From NCBI RefSeq assembly GCF_902713615.1, contig NC_052156.1, forward strand, positions 30,159,287-30,223,286: a DNA stretch of 64,000 nt, given 5' to 3'. This DNA is from Scyliorhinus canicula (Eukaryota). The notes under the pieces were generated by a model. That model was not told the DNA's origin, made no database searches, and saw only the letters and a list, made by a program, of their open reading frames with translations. Position numbers and translations under genes: made by a program. Shown piece by piece: positions 36,945 through 50,720 of the stretch (positions are counted from its first letter, which is position 1; each line of letters opens with the position of its first letter).

Positions 36945-37872
36945 TAGGTCTGATTAGCAAGTTTGCAGATGATACAAAGATTGGTGGAGTTCCAGATAGC
37001 GAGGTGGACTGTCAGAGAATACAACAAAATATAGATAGATTGGAGAGTTGGGCAGAGAAATGGCAGATGGAGTTCAATCCAGGCAAATGCGAGGTGATGC
37101 ATTTTGGAAGATCAAATTCAAGAGCAGACTATATGGTCAATGGAAGGGTCTTGGGGAAAATTGATGTACAGAGAGATCTGGGAGTTCAGGTCCATTGTAC
37201 CCTGAAGGTGGCAACGCAGGTTGAGAGAGTGGTCAAGAAGGCATACAGCATGCTTGCCTTCATCGGACGGGGTATTGAGTACAACAGTCAGCAAGTCATG
37301 TTACAGTTGTATAGGACTTTGGTTAGGCCACATTTAGAATACTGCGTGCAGTTCTGGTCGCCACATCACCAGAAGGATGTGGATGCTTTGGAGAGGGTGC
37401 AGAGGAAGTTCACCAGGATGTTGCCTGGTATGGAGGGGGCTAGCTATGAAGAAAGGTTCAGTAGATTAGGATTGTTTTCATTGGAAAGATGGAGGTTGAG
37501 GGGGGACCTGATTGAGGTCTACAAAATTATGAGAGGTATGGACAGGGTGGATAGCAACAAGCTTTTTCCAAGAGTGGGGGTGTCAGTTACAAGGGGTCAC
37601 AATTTCAAAGTGAGAGGGGGAAAGTTTAAGGGAGATGTGCGTGGAAAGTTTTTTACGCAGAGGGTGGTGGGTGCCTGGAACGCTTTACCAGCGGAGGTGG
37701 TAGAGGCGGGCACGATAGCATCATTTAAGAGGTATCTAGACGGGTATATGAACGGGCGGGAACAGAGGGAAGTAGACCTTGGAAAATAGGAGGCAGGTTT
37801 AGATAAAGGATCTGGATCGGCGCATGCTGGGAGGGCCGAAGGGCCTGTTCCTGTGCTGTAATTTTCTTTGTT
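36945..37872 (+). mobile_element. CR1 3' fragment with an intact frame
   Basis: ORF 37004-37789 (WAEKWQMEFNPGKCEVMHFG...) plus tail. Confidence 0.88.
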
Positions 37873-38883
37873 GTTTGTAGTTGCTCATTTTAATCCCACT
37901 TTCCAGCACCTGGTGCGTAGCCTTGCAGATTGCAGCGCTCCAGGGGCAGATCCAAGTACTTGTTATACAAGTGTCCTTTTTCTCCAGGCACTTTTTGTTT
38001 TGAATCTACATAGAATGATAGAATCCGTACAGTGCAGGATGCCATTCGGCCCATCAAGTCTGCACCAACTCTGAAAGCACCCTAACCTAGGCCCAATTCC
38101 CCTTCCTAACCCTGTAACCCCACCGAGGAACAATTTGGCATATCCAATTCACCTAACTCAGGATTTCTTCTTTTAGTAGAGTATATTCTGACTGAGACAA
38201 ATTAACGAATACCATATATGGTGTGTGAACTGTATTCCTGAAAAGGTTTTATAACTAAACTTGAATGTGTCTTTCTAATATAATGCATTTAGCAAAGATT
38301 AGAATTGGCTTGGTGTAGATAGAGGCTGGCAAAATAGATTTTGGACACCAACTTGCATGTAGATTTACAAAATATAGTAAAATCCTGCTCTTAACCATTT
38401 CAAATTGTGGGCTGTTTTTCTGTTTGGCACAGACAGTAATGTAAAATTTTGATTTTCGTTTCATCATACTTCACAAGTCATATTTGAATCTTAAGATATG
38501 GACCGGTGGCATCTGTTTCTGCAACTAATGATTTGCAATAGTTAATTAAATGCTGCCATAGTTAATAAGAGGCTGGGAGGAACCAAATGTCAGTGTTTGT
38601 ATTACGTATTTTTATCTTTGGCACACACAGCGTATCTCTGCTCACACCACATCATGTTCTAAGAATACACAGCACTTTGAGTGCTATCTTAAAAAAAAAT
38701 CATGGCTTTCAATATCTTGAGGCAGGTTTACTGGTCACAGTTTTCAGAGCCAGCAGTTTTTTAATTGCTTTCCTGCCATCATTTTGTGGGGTATGTGTTG
38801 GACCAACTGTGGTCCTTCTGTATTCCAATATTCAAATGCCTCAATTTCATAACGCAACCAAGTTGGTTATAACTGGTACTTTG

Positions 38884-39111
38884 AGGGCAGCACGGTGGCA
38901 CAGTGGTTAGCATTGTTGCCTACGGCGCTGAGGACCGGGGTTCGAATCCCGGCCCTGGGTCACTCTCCGTGTGGAGTTTGCACATTCTCCCCGTGTCTGC
39001 GTGGGTTTCACCCCCACAACCCAAAAGATGTGCAAGATAGGTGGATTGGCCACGCTAAATTGCCCCTTAATTGGAAAAAGTAATTGGGTACTCTAAATTT
39101 TTTAAAAATTA
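38884..39111 (+). mobile_element. Short A-tailed SINE variant
   Basis: 15-bp TSD ATAACTGGTACTTTG (38869-38883, 39112-39126). Confidence 0.88.
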
Positions 39112-39450
39112 ATAACTGGTACTTTGTTATGCCACCTCGTGCAGCAGAAAAAATGTCCAAAATGCAGTGACATGATTTTAAATTAATGGTTGCTATCAAA
39201 AAAAGTAGATGGTCAATGTTTTGTGATTGAGTTAACATTAAATAGAGTAAGCAAAATGGATAACAGTGGTGGAATAATTACTGATGGTTCCATGTGGAGC
39301 ATTGTCAATATCTAGTCTGGAACCTCAAAGTGTAGCTGGAGAGTGATGTGTAAAATATACTTTGGATTTACCCAAAGCTAGATTACCAAATACTACAAGT
39401 ATTGTGAATTATATATATATGCCCCTTTTTCTATTTTTTTCTATGAACAG

Positions 39451-39595
39451 TAAGAAGGCTTGTAAATACTTTGACAAGGGAAAAGGGTCCTGTCCATTTG
39501 GTGGAAAGTGCCTTTACCTGCACGCTTACCCTGATGGAACAATGGCAGAGCCCGAGCAGCCGAGAAAGCAGCTCAGCTCGGAAGGCAATGTGAGG
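39451..39595 (+). CDS. MKRN2: MKRN2 exon 7, C3H finger 4 ([29 protein letters not shown]...EGNVR)
   Basis: Acceptor aacag and donor GTAAAT; 145 nt. Confidence 0.95.
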
Positions 39596-39729
39596 GTAAA
39601 TAACCAAAGTCCTAAATATTTCGCTGCATGATGTTGTTTTGATGAACCTTTTCAGTATTCGTCCCAGGGCGTTTGAAAAGCATAAGCTGGTGAACCACGG
39701 ACTCGAGATGCATTAACTTAGTCATCGTT

Positions 39730-39960
39730 GGGCGGCACGGTGGCACAGTGGTTAGCATTGCTGCCTACGGCGCTGAGGACCCGGGTTCGAATCCCGGCCC
39801 TGGGTCACTGTCTGTGAGGAGTTTGCACATTCTCCCCGTGTCTGCGTGGGTTTCACCCCCACAACCCAAAGATGTGCAGGTTAGGTGGATTGGCCACGTT
39901 AACTTGCCCCTTAATTGGAAAAAATGAATTGGATATTCTAAATTTATTAAGAAAAAAAAA
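39730..39960 (+). mobile_element. Short A-tailed SINE variant
   Basis: Flanked by AACTT(A)GTCATCGTT repeats. Confidence 0.85.
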
Positions 39961-40541
39961 CTTGTCATCGTTAATGTTGAGCTACCTTGTTGAGCACGCT
40001 GACGGTGCATGTTTTGGATGTACTTATTTAAGATTCAGTTAAATTTGACTATTGCAAAAGGTCACCTGTTGATAGGTAGCCCATCTATCCATAAAAACAA
40101 AGTGTATCACTCCCTAATGTTTATTTTGCACTGACTTGAAGCATCATTGCACAGTGGGCCCAGGTTTACAGCTTTGACTGTTTTTTGATTATTTCAAGAT
40201 TTTAATATTCAGGCTATCCTGAAGGCTGTTACATTTTTTCACAATTGATATCAGATGGCTGTGGCCCTCTTATGAATTTGCAAAAGTTTTTTTTATAAAA
40301 CCTAATTCATTACTCTGAGAACAAATTATACCAATATCACTCAAGTAACTTTTGAGCTGAGCATTGAACTGGCACCTCAGTCAGGATGATGATACCACCA
40401 AGTACTCTATCATTAAAAAAAAATCTGAACATTACCTACTTAATAAATAAAAGTTCACAACTTGTCTGCGATTAATGTTTTAAAATAGATTCCAGTAAAA
40501 TACAATGTTCAATTAAACGGTGTTTCCTTCCCAACCTGCAG

Positions 40542-40724
40542 TTCCTTCACTCGGTGCGACTGTGGGATTTTATTGAAGAACGGGAGCACAGGGATGTTCC
40601 CCAGCATACAACCGAAGATGAAGTGGCAGAGCTTGGCGATCTCTTCATGCATCTTTCAGGAACAGAGGAGCGCAATGCATCTAGTGAGAGTCAGGCCGAC
40701 CAGCCTGTTTCTGTAGTGTTATAA
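40542..40724 (+). CDS. MKRN2: MKRN2 exon 8 ([15 protein letters not shown]...[10 protein letters not shown]...VSVVL*)
   Basis: Acceptor cctgcag and TAA at 40722-40724. The spliced CDS totals 1326 nt. Confidence 0.93.
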   Translation, partial: FLHSVRLWDFIEEREHRDVPQHTTEDEVAELGDLFMHLSGTEERNASSESQADQPVSVVL

Positions 40725-41633
40725 GAAGCTATAAACTAAACTACACCTTATTTCTGCTGAAACACACAACTGATTCACCTAAATGTGGAAGCTTGGTTCA
40801 AAATTATGTTTGAACCAGAACTGCTATATGATGGGAACAAATGGTACAATGAAGCTGTGGTTGAATCAGGACTGTATTTTACAGGGTTGACTATATTTAA
40901 CTGTATTTGATTTATTTAAGAATTCCAAACAGTTTTTTTTAAATCACTGCGGAGCGCACTACGCATACAGTTCCGAGCCCTTTTTCTGGTATTAGAGATT
41001 TTCTTATAGCTGTAATTTTAAAAGGAAAAGCTGTAGTTAATTGCTTTTATAAGGTATACATTAGTAACAAAGCAAAGCATTTGTTAGCTTGAATCCACAA
41101 TGGAAGCTGCAGAATATATTCATTTATGAATGAGGCCCCTCTCTTTTCACTCAATTCCTAGATCGGTGGGCTATGTGTTAGTGCTTTGCCGAACTAACCT
41201 TGGGAGACAGTAGGGGGAGTTTGATAATTATGTTGTCTTCCTCCCCGTCTGATGAAGTACCTGAATTTTGCATCCCAGAATATTGCCTGGTAACAGTGCA
41301 GGAATTTACACCCATATCCCACCATCAAAGTTTTTATCTTCCTCTTGTCAACCAAGCAGGCAGGTAGGCTGCTGCCAGCCACATAGTATTTTGCCATTCA
41401 TAACCAGCTACCAACAATTGTTTGAGAGCAACCTAAAGTGACAACCATATGTTGCCCCTCTCTCTGGCTCTGACCCTGTTTTGTTTCCAACCAAACAGCT
41501 GCGCAACAAAAGTACATGTGAAAAATGTTATGTATTTCCTTTTATCTGAAAGGTTATAATGATAGCTGGAAAAAAAAAATTAAATATTGTACCACAGGTC
41601 ATAACATAATCCTAAAATTGGAAGCAATTATCA

Positions 41634-42611
41634 AATAAAATAATTCAAGTCTCTTTGCTATTTCACCAAGCGTTGCCATGCTTGGGTGAAACTAAAAATC
41701 ATAGCAACAGCAGTCTGACTCCATGAATGAAAGGTTCAATACTAGTCAGTAAGGCTAATTCATATGCTAGTTAATAAATATGGGAAATGATGGGCTAAAT
41801 TTGGTAATCTTTCCCTGCAGATACAGATCAGATTGTAGCACATATGTTGTCAAACTGCTAGAAAACTGTATTAATCATGTCAAACCTGTAATGATGTGGT
41901 TTGGTGCAGTATTATGATAAAAATCAGTGAAAGGATTGCAAATAGAATTGCTTTCACAATTAGTTCCATTAAGCCAATGTTTTCAGTTGCTAAGCAGGTT
42001 ATTTCCATCTCGAGGATAGGACAAATCCCTAATCCTGCTTTTCCCATGCCACCTAACAACTTGGGACAGGGTAGCTATTCTGGACACATTCACAATCCAA
42101 AGTCTTGTGTTGGATGGGGGGTGTTGGGGGGGGAAACTAGGGATTAACATAATTATTCTTACCAGCCAAGCCTACATTATTTGATGGTAGTGTTTGTATT
42201 TTGTTATGTGCAAATGCTAAAGCTCAGTTGTAACGTGACCATTAACTGAGTCATATCAGAAAATAAGGACTTGTCAAACAATTGTGAATGTCAGGGTTAG
42301 TCATCAACTACTCAACTTGAATGTTAAAATGCAACTTCTTTAAAATTTTCAATGTTTTGTGAATGGTATTAAGTGAAATGGGGGAAAATTAAATTCTAAC
42401 ACCGCCATTTCCTACTGGTGTTACTATTTACCCCCCTCCCCGGCAAAAAAAAGTATTTCAGTGCCTGCCGTAGCAAACTCAAAATGGTAATGAGAGTTTC
42501 TTCCCCAATGATGGATTCTGAGTTCTATTGTACGTGCCAGATATTGGGTAAAGTTCTGTATTTACAAGTGGTTGTCCTTCTCCATTGTGCAGTAGTGCTG
42601 CTTTGAATAAA
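41634..42611 (+). terminator. Candidate MKRN2 polyadenylation signals
   Basis: AATAAA at 41634-41639 and 42606-42611; the second is followed by GT/T-rich sequence. Confidence 0.45.
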
Positions 42612-43104
42612 ATTTTCCTATGGTCGAGAAGAAGTTTGTCTGCGCTTTAGTTTTGAGAAGAAAATGCATTTCATAGCATCTTTGACATAACGAGAAGACT
42701 TTGCAGGCAATTATATTTTTGTAATGTTGGGGAAATTGAGCCTTGTCACTCGGCAATAAGAACCCAGTAGATCATAGAAAAGAACCAGAGGTGGTTCCAG
42801 TAACTGCCTGAAATAAGTGCATGGTTAATTTGTGTTTAAATTGGAGATTGAGAATGTTAGCTTGAGCCCAATATGATTTTGGTACCTAATTAGCAGTCCA
42901 TGTGTAGAGAAGCTCAAAGGTAAGCAATTCAGTTATTTCTGTGGGGCCAGGAGGAACTTGAATGCTTCCCTCTGCCCCCAACTGACATTTTTAAAACTAG
43001 GTCCAGAGGTTAACTGGATTGTCCAATGTTCCTGTGGTCCTGAACCGGCTGGCCATGTTAACTAGCCCAACCCTCAAACGTTTAGGTCTCCAGTCAACAC
43101 CATC

Positions 43105-44700
43105 AATGAACAATACAGCACAGGAACAGGCCCTTCGGCCCTCCAAGCTTGCACCGACCATGGTACCTGCCTAAACTAAAACCGTCTGCACTTAGAGTCC
43201 GTATCCCTCCATTCCCACCCTATTTCTATATTTGGCTAGATGCACTTAACTGCTGCTATCGTACCTGCACCCACCATCTCCCCAGGCAGCATGTTCCATA
43301 TATTTACCACTCTCTGTAAAAAAAAATTTTTAAAACTTGCCTAGCACATTTACTCTAAGCTTTTCCCCACGCACTTTAAACCTATGTCCTTTAGTACTTT
43401 ACTCTCCTACCCTAGGAAAGAGCATCTGACTATCCACTCTGTCCATGCCACTCATAATCTTGTAGACCTCTATCAGGTCGCCTCGCACCCTCCGTTGGAT
43501 CAGTGAGAACATCTAACCGCTCTGCATAGCTAAGGCCCTCCATGCCAGGCAACATCCTAGTAAACCGCTTCTGTACTCTCTCCAAAGCATCCACATCCTT
43601 CTGGTAGTGTGGTGACCAGAATTGTACACTATTCCAAATGAGGCCTAACTAAGGTCCTGGACAGCTGCAACATGACTTGCCATGTGTAGACTTGCCATTG
43701 AATATAAAAATATGATTTTTATATTCAATGCCCCGACCAATGAAGGCCAGCATGCCGTACACCTTCTTGACCACCTTATCCACATCGGTTGACAAGCACG
43801 CCCAAATCTCTGTCTGTCGGTACTTGCAAGAGTTCTACCATTTACTGTGTAATTCATACATGCATTGGACTTTCCAAAGTGCATTACCTCACACTTGTCC
43901 AGATTAAACTCCATCTGCCAATTCTCTGCCCAAGACTCCAACTAGTTTATATCCTGCTTTATCCTCTGACAATCCTCTTCACTACCCACAGCTCCACTAA
44001 TATTTTGCTGTCTACGAATTTACTAATCAGACCAGCAACATTTTGTTCCAAATCATTTATATACACTGTGAACAACAAAGGTCCCAGAACTGATCCCTCT
44101 GGAATGCTGCTGGTCACACCCTTCCACTACTACCCTCTGTCTTGTGTGACCGAGCCAGTTCTGTATCCAACTTACCAGCTCTCCTCTGATCCCATGTGAC
44201 TTCACCTTTTGTACCAGTCTACCATGAGGTACCTTGCCAAAGGCTGTATTGAAGTCCTATACAACATCTACTGCTTTTCCCTCATCTATATCACTTCCTC
44301 TAAAAACTCGATCAAATTAGTGAGGCACAACCTCCCCGTCACGAAACCATGCTGTCCATCACTAATAAGTCTATTTGTTTCCAAATGTGAGTAAATCCCA
44401 AGAATCTTTTCCAATAATTTCCCTACCACTGATGTATGGCTCACTGGCCTATAATTTCCTGGATTATCCCTGCTGCCCTTCTTAAACAATGGAACAACAT
44501 TGGCTACTCTCTAGTCCTCTGGAACTTCAAGTGTAGAAAATGAGGATACAAAGATTACTGTCAAGGCCCCAGCAATTTCCTCCTTTGCCTCCCTCAGTAT
44601 TCTGGAGTAGATCCCATCAGGCCCTGGGGATTTATCTACTTTAACCCTTTTTAAGATGCCCAACACCTCCTCTTTATTAATATCAACATGACTCAGAATA
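43105..44700 (-). mobile_element. Degenerate CR1 fragment
   Basis: FKKGSRDNPGNYRPVS and WQMEFN motifs plus tail. Confidence 0.82.
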
Positions 44701-45579
44701 TCTACATGGAATATCAGATAGGTGTCCCTGAATCTATATCAGCCAGCTGCCCCAAAATCTCGAGAACAAAATCCAGCACTGTTGCAGCTTATTTGGGGTC
44801 AGCATGGACCCACAGTCAATAATGAAAACACCAGATGACTGGCACTGGTTGAGTGATAAATGTTGGTCAGGACAGGGAGAACTGCCCTGTTAAAAGGCAC
44901 ACTTAGTACTGGAGCATATTCTGTGTTAAACCAACAACTTTCTAACACGGGTGCTATTGCAGAAGCAAGGCTGACATTAATGTTATTTGGTAAGACGTGT
45001 ACATTTACCTATATCTAGTGACCTGTGCAGCGTTCCCCTCCCTTGGCGATGCATAGCACTAAGTAAGCATATATTTTATCGCATTGGAGATATGCAGATC
45101 TTCTGTGGCATTGCACATGGTGATCATCAGGATGTTTTGGAAAAATATATAAATCTGGTTGTTTGAAGTATAAAACATATGGGAAATATATGGTATAAGC
45201 AGGAGGGCGAGTGAGATGGAGGAAAGAAGAAGAAACAAGAAGCAGAATGGCTAGGTTCGGAGGAGAAAGCACAGATGAGCATGAACAGAGCAGGAGTGGG
45301 GTCAGAGGCTGAAAGAGACACAGCAAGTAGGTATCAAGACTTGGGCAGTTGAGTGGGAAAGGGCATAGTGTGAAAGTTTGTGGGTAAGGAGGGAAAGCTT
45401 GGTAAGATGCAGATGATGGAGTTGGAAGAAGTCAAAAGTTGGTTGGGGAGGAGGGAGTGTTAGAAAGTCTGGGGCAGCTAAAGGAAACCAATATAGTCAT
45501 GTGAATGTACAAATTGCCCGATTGATTGACATGGAACCAAAATGACTTATTTCTGGCTGGCTTTAATTAAAAAGTTAAA

Positions 45580-48425
45580 GTATTTTTATTCCAGTTTTTC
45601 CAACATTTTACATTAATCACAAGAACCCCCCCAACACATTCAACCCTCACTCACCCCACCTCCCTCAGTCAACGGTAACCAACTCTCCAAAATCTCTCCA
45701 ACGCTGCCAGCAAATAGTTCCACTCTACCCGATCAAACGCCATTTCCGCATCTATTGCCACCAGCACCTCCAACTCTCTTCCCTCTGCCGGAGAAGGCAC
45801 CACATTCAGCAATCGCCTCACATTTGATGACAACTTAATGAACCCTGTCTGATCCTCCCCAATCACCCTCGGAAGACATACCTCCAACCTTAACGCCAGT
45901 ACCTTTGCCAATACCTTGGTATCCACTTTCAGCAAAGATATGGGTCTATACGACACACACTCCACAGGATCCTTATCTTATTTAAGCAGCAACGAGACGG
46001 TAGGCAAGACCCCCCCCCCACGTCTATCGAGTTCTTGAACATTTCCACCAACAACAGCGCCAGCTTATCCTTAAATCTTATAAAGTTCGACCGGTAACCC
46101 GTTGGGCCCCGCCGCCTTCCCCGCCTGCATCTTCCAGATTTTCTTCCTCTACCCCCACTGGCTCCTTCAGCTCTGCCTATCCACTTCCCCCAACCACGGG
46201 GCATTCTGAACTCCCCCAGGAATCCCTCCTCTTCCGCACATACTCTGGTGGCTCCAACTTGTACAAGTCCGTATAAAACTCCTCAAACACCTTGTTAATC
46301 TGTGCCAGAGTCATCACCAACTCCGTCCTATCCAGAACCATCTCCCCAGCCGTGGCCTGCCTGCGAAGCTGACCTGCCAACATCTGACCCACTTTCTCCC
46401 TATACTCCTGAACAGCCCCCCTTGCCCTTCTCAACTAACGCACCGCTTTCCCTGTGGACAGCAGGTTGACCTTCACCTGCAGCTCCTTCCTCTTTGCCCA
46501 GAGCCCCGGACCTTGGTCCCCCGCATACCTCCCATCCACATCCAAAATCTCTTCAATCAATCATTGGCATTCCTCACTCTCCACGTTAGCCTTAAACGAG
46601 ATCACCTTCCTCCTCACCACTGCCTTCAGAGCCTCTCAAACCACAGTCAGCAAGACCTCCCCCATGCAATTGAACCCCACATACTCCTCAATCGCCTTCC
46701 TGAACTTGTCATTGAAGCTCTGATCTGCCAATAACCCCATCCATCCTCCACTCTAGCTTCTGGGCCATCCCTGTCTCCAGTACCATGTCCAACCTGTGCG
46801 GAGCGAGATCGGAGATCACAATTGCCAAATACTCTGCCCTCTTAACTCCAGCCAACAGCACCTTCTTCAGCACAAAAAAATAAATCCTTCAGAATACCTT
46901 GTGAACCGGGAAAAACATCCACCTCTTCCTGAGCCTCATCTGGTCCTTCACCCTCAGATGGGTGTCTTCCATCATCACATCGGCCTTTAAAGGCAGAAAA
47001 ACCCTCGCCCCCTTCACTGGTCCCTTGATCCCCTTCACATTCTATGTCACCATTCTGTCTGGGGTCTGCCATCACCATTACTCAGGCCCCGCCCATCTGG
47101 CCGAATCTGCCTATCATTTGTTACTGTCTAACCCTGCCCCCAAGAATCCCCCCCCCCCATCCGCTTCCTCTTGCAAACACCTCACACACTATCGATCCCC
47201 TCCCCCAACATTCCCACCTCCCTTTCCATCGAAACCTGTTCAACCAGGCTCCAACGACCATGGTTGTGTCCCTCCCCACACACACACACACACTCCCGTT
47301 TACTAGTTAACCTTCATTTGGCTAGTGCAGTGACCCGTCAGAGCCTCTGCCCTCCCCCATCCCGGTCCCTCAGGCCTACATTCCCCCAAGAAACATGAAA
47401 ACACACCCATAAGGAGAAAGAAAGAGACAAAAACAAAATCCCAATCCAAGGGAAAAACTCAATAAAAAAACATTCCCAGTCCCCACCAACAAAGTCCAAA
47501 TCCCAACTCTCAATCTTTCAGCCTTAACGAACACCTCTGACACCTCAAAATAAAAGTCCTTCGAGTTATGAGTCACTAAGCTTCGCTGGGTAGACCAATC
47601 CGAACCTCACTCCGCTGCCTTAGTGCCGCCTTCACCTGTCCAAAGGCTGCCTGCCTTCTCGCCAACTCCCCCGCCAGACCTTGGTATATGCATATATCCG
47701 TGCCTTCCCGCTTCACATCTCGCCCCGCTCAAAACCTTCTCCTTCACGTGGTGCCTGTGCAAGCAGACTATGACCGCCAGTGGTGGCTCATTTGTTTTAG
47801 GCTTTGGCTGAAGTGACCGATGCGCCCTGTCCAACTCAGAGGGAGGGAGGGCTCTACCCCTCCCCCATCAACTCAGCAAACTTCTTTGCAAAAGTCAGCC
47901 TCTGGCCCTCCAACCCCTTTGGCAGACCCATGATCCTCACATTTTGTCTCCTCTCCTGTTTTCCAGATCCTCCACCTTCGCTCTGAACCCTTCTCACCCA
48001 TCGAGGGTAACTGGTCTCTGTACTGTGATAGTGCTCCCCGCCCTTCAACTTCTCTCCTTGTTGCTGACCTCTTTGTCAATGCAGCCTTTATGGGGGCACG
48101 TGTCTCATCCACCAACTCTTTAAGAAGGCAGTCATCTCCCTCTGAAGCACCTCTAAATGTTTGGCGAACAGCCTTTCAAACTCCATCGACACATCTTCGA
48201 ATCATAGTTTCAACCGTGATGGGAGAAGCCCCATCTGTTGACCCAGGCCCTTTCAGCTTTCTTTCCAAAACCTTTTTCTGGGATTTAGACATTCCCCAGC
48301 TCCTTTTGACTTCCCACACCAGCTCATCCAGAAACTACCCCTGAGACCAGGCATAAAAGTCCAAAAATCGAAGACTCCAGCAGGAGCCGCCTAATGTGGA
48401 CCTCCACCTCCATGTTGCCAAGTCC
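45580..48425 (-). mobile_element. Degraded, internally deleted L1-clade element
   Basis: ORF1-like (RRQNVRIMGLP, DRAHRSL) and ORF2-like (YRPISLL, DQTGFI, DAEMAFDRVEW) remnants; its ends resemble those of the 28.8-34.4 kb element. Confidence 0.8.
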
Positions 48426-50199
48426 CTCCACTCTACACCCAAGCAGCAATTAAACTCCCAGTGTGGATTTTAGTGTTTTCAGTTCCGTTAGCATTGTGAT
48501 CTAATGCTCCTTAACTTATGAAATTGCATACCCTATTTAATAGCAATGCCACAGGTGTTAGTCACACGTGTCCCATTATGTGCGCATTTCAGTACCAAAC
48601 TGTCAACTGGTTGGTCCAAACTCCAAAGTAAAAACGACATGAGGAAAAACCTTTTCATGCAGCAAGTGGTTACGGTCGGAACGCTATGATTGAACCTGTT
48701 TCTGCCACTCTGACAAAGTATTTAAAAGAGGATCAAATTGCTAACTGAAAAGGAAGAATGTGCCAGGGGAATGGGGAGAAAACAGGGGAAAATGGCTCAT
48801 TTGGAGAGCCAAGTGCAGACACAAGGCGGTTAATGGCTTCTGTGCTCCAAGAGTTCTGTGATTCTGAATCAGAAAAAACGTACTAAAAATCTGAGGTGAA
48901 AAATTCTCCCAGCCCTGCAATTACTTCCCCATTTTCTGTTTCATCTGCTGTTTTCCAATTCTGTCTGCTCTCCTGGTCATCTAATTTAATTTCTGAACCA
49001 CAATAATTTGGTTGAATAGCCAATTTGACTTGATGCAAATACTTGTGCTATTTGCTAATAAACAGGTCACTCAATTTCCAAAATTACAGAGCAAAGTAAT
49101 TACAGGCACATGGGCGATTTTGTCTTTTTGACAAACCTACCATTGCTATTGGGGGCAAACAATCCTGCAGCTGACTGTCGACCTTTAGTTGGCAGATATG
49201 GAAAAGTATTTAAGCACATCATACATGCACTCACTGACTACTGCTGGTGACAAGATGCCAGGAAAAAAAAAACATACCCAGCCGTAAACAGGAGGCCTGT
49301 TAAATAAACAATGATGTCAAATGTTTCTTAATCGTCATCTCACTCATGTTTTCCCACTGCTGGTGATTCCTTATGGGCTGTTTCACAGGTGCCAGCAACC
49401 TTCCAAGACCTTCTATTTTCAGTGGGCGAGTGAAGACCCGCACTGGCCTTCCACAGAAAAAGAAATCAAGTCACACGTGTAATTCAGCCAAGCCCTGTTT
49501 AGACAGGTGATTTGTTGCACTATACAGCTTCAGAAGTTCCCAACTTGGATCCCAGTGAGAAAAATTACCTGATCTCTGCCAGGACTGAAGTACGAGTGCA
49601 AGATCTGCATACCTGCAGAAAGGAGAAGAAAATTGGACACTATTCCCACTCCCAAAGAAAGTGCGAATGTATGGACAGTGTAATGCCACTGCAATCAAAT
49701 AGCCTATTCACACTCATTGTCTCAGTTCACATGTGAACAGGAGTAGGTCATTAAGCCCCTGGATTCTTAGGCCAGTCGTAGCTGTTAGGTATCCTAACAG
49801 CATCCTCTTGCCTTGTCCCTTAGGGATATACATTGTTCCTGTTATGTTCCTTTACACTGGTGGCTCAATACCCATTAAATCTAGTGTATCCTGCCCTCTT
49901 GTTGGTTCTTGAATCTATTGCTGTAGAAAATGATTTTAAATGCACTCCAGAAGTTCAGTACCCCGGTTTCCCAATCTTTATGAAAATTAAGAGTGTCCAA
50001 TTAAAACAACTTTGCTGCAAGCCTCACTCATCTCTGAGTTACTATATTCTGCCACTTCATTGCTGTAATTCAGGTCCCTGGAGACAACTATCATTTCAGT
50101 TTTAAGTCCTCTAACTATAGTCTCCGATCCCTTACCCACACCCGTACTAATATTACAGTAGTATATTTAAGATTCTTGCGTACAAGGCAGTTGTCCTCC

Positions 50200-50720
50200 G
50201 AACTCTTCTCCAAGATCCTCGTGTACAAAGCGGTCGTTCTCCCAACTCTCCTACATGGCACAGAAACTTGGACTACTTACAGACACCACCTCAAGAACCT
50301 GGAGATGTACCATCAATGGTGTCTGAGATGGATTCTCTGTAGCAGCAGGGAGGACTGGCGTACTATCATCCTTGTCTTTGAAGGTGCCAAGAGCACCAGC
50401 ATCAAGACCATGATCATCTGAAACCTAATCTGCTGGGTCGGCGATGTGTTTAGGATGTCAGAGTCCCGACTGCCGAAGCAAATCTTCTTTGCCCAGCTCA
50501 AGGAAGGATCCCGAACAGGAGGACAAAGGAAGCACTTCAAAGACACCCTGAAGGCTTACCTCAAGAAATGCAACATAAACGTAAACGCCTGGGAGACCCG
50601 TGCTCAGAAGAGACCCACTTGAAGAAACATCATGATTGAAGTGACAATTGTCCCAGGATACCCAATGGCAAGCGAGGCCCAGAAAAGGAGCCCGAGAAAG
50701 GAATACCTTTGATCTCGAGT
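50200..50720 (+). mobile_element. RTE-clade LINE 3' fragment
   Basis: KILVYKAVVLPTLLHGTETWT...HQWCLRWIL and RKHFKDTLK-like sequence typical of the RTE ORF C-terminus. Confidence 0.75.
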
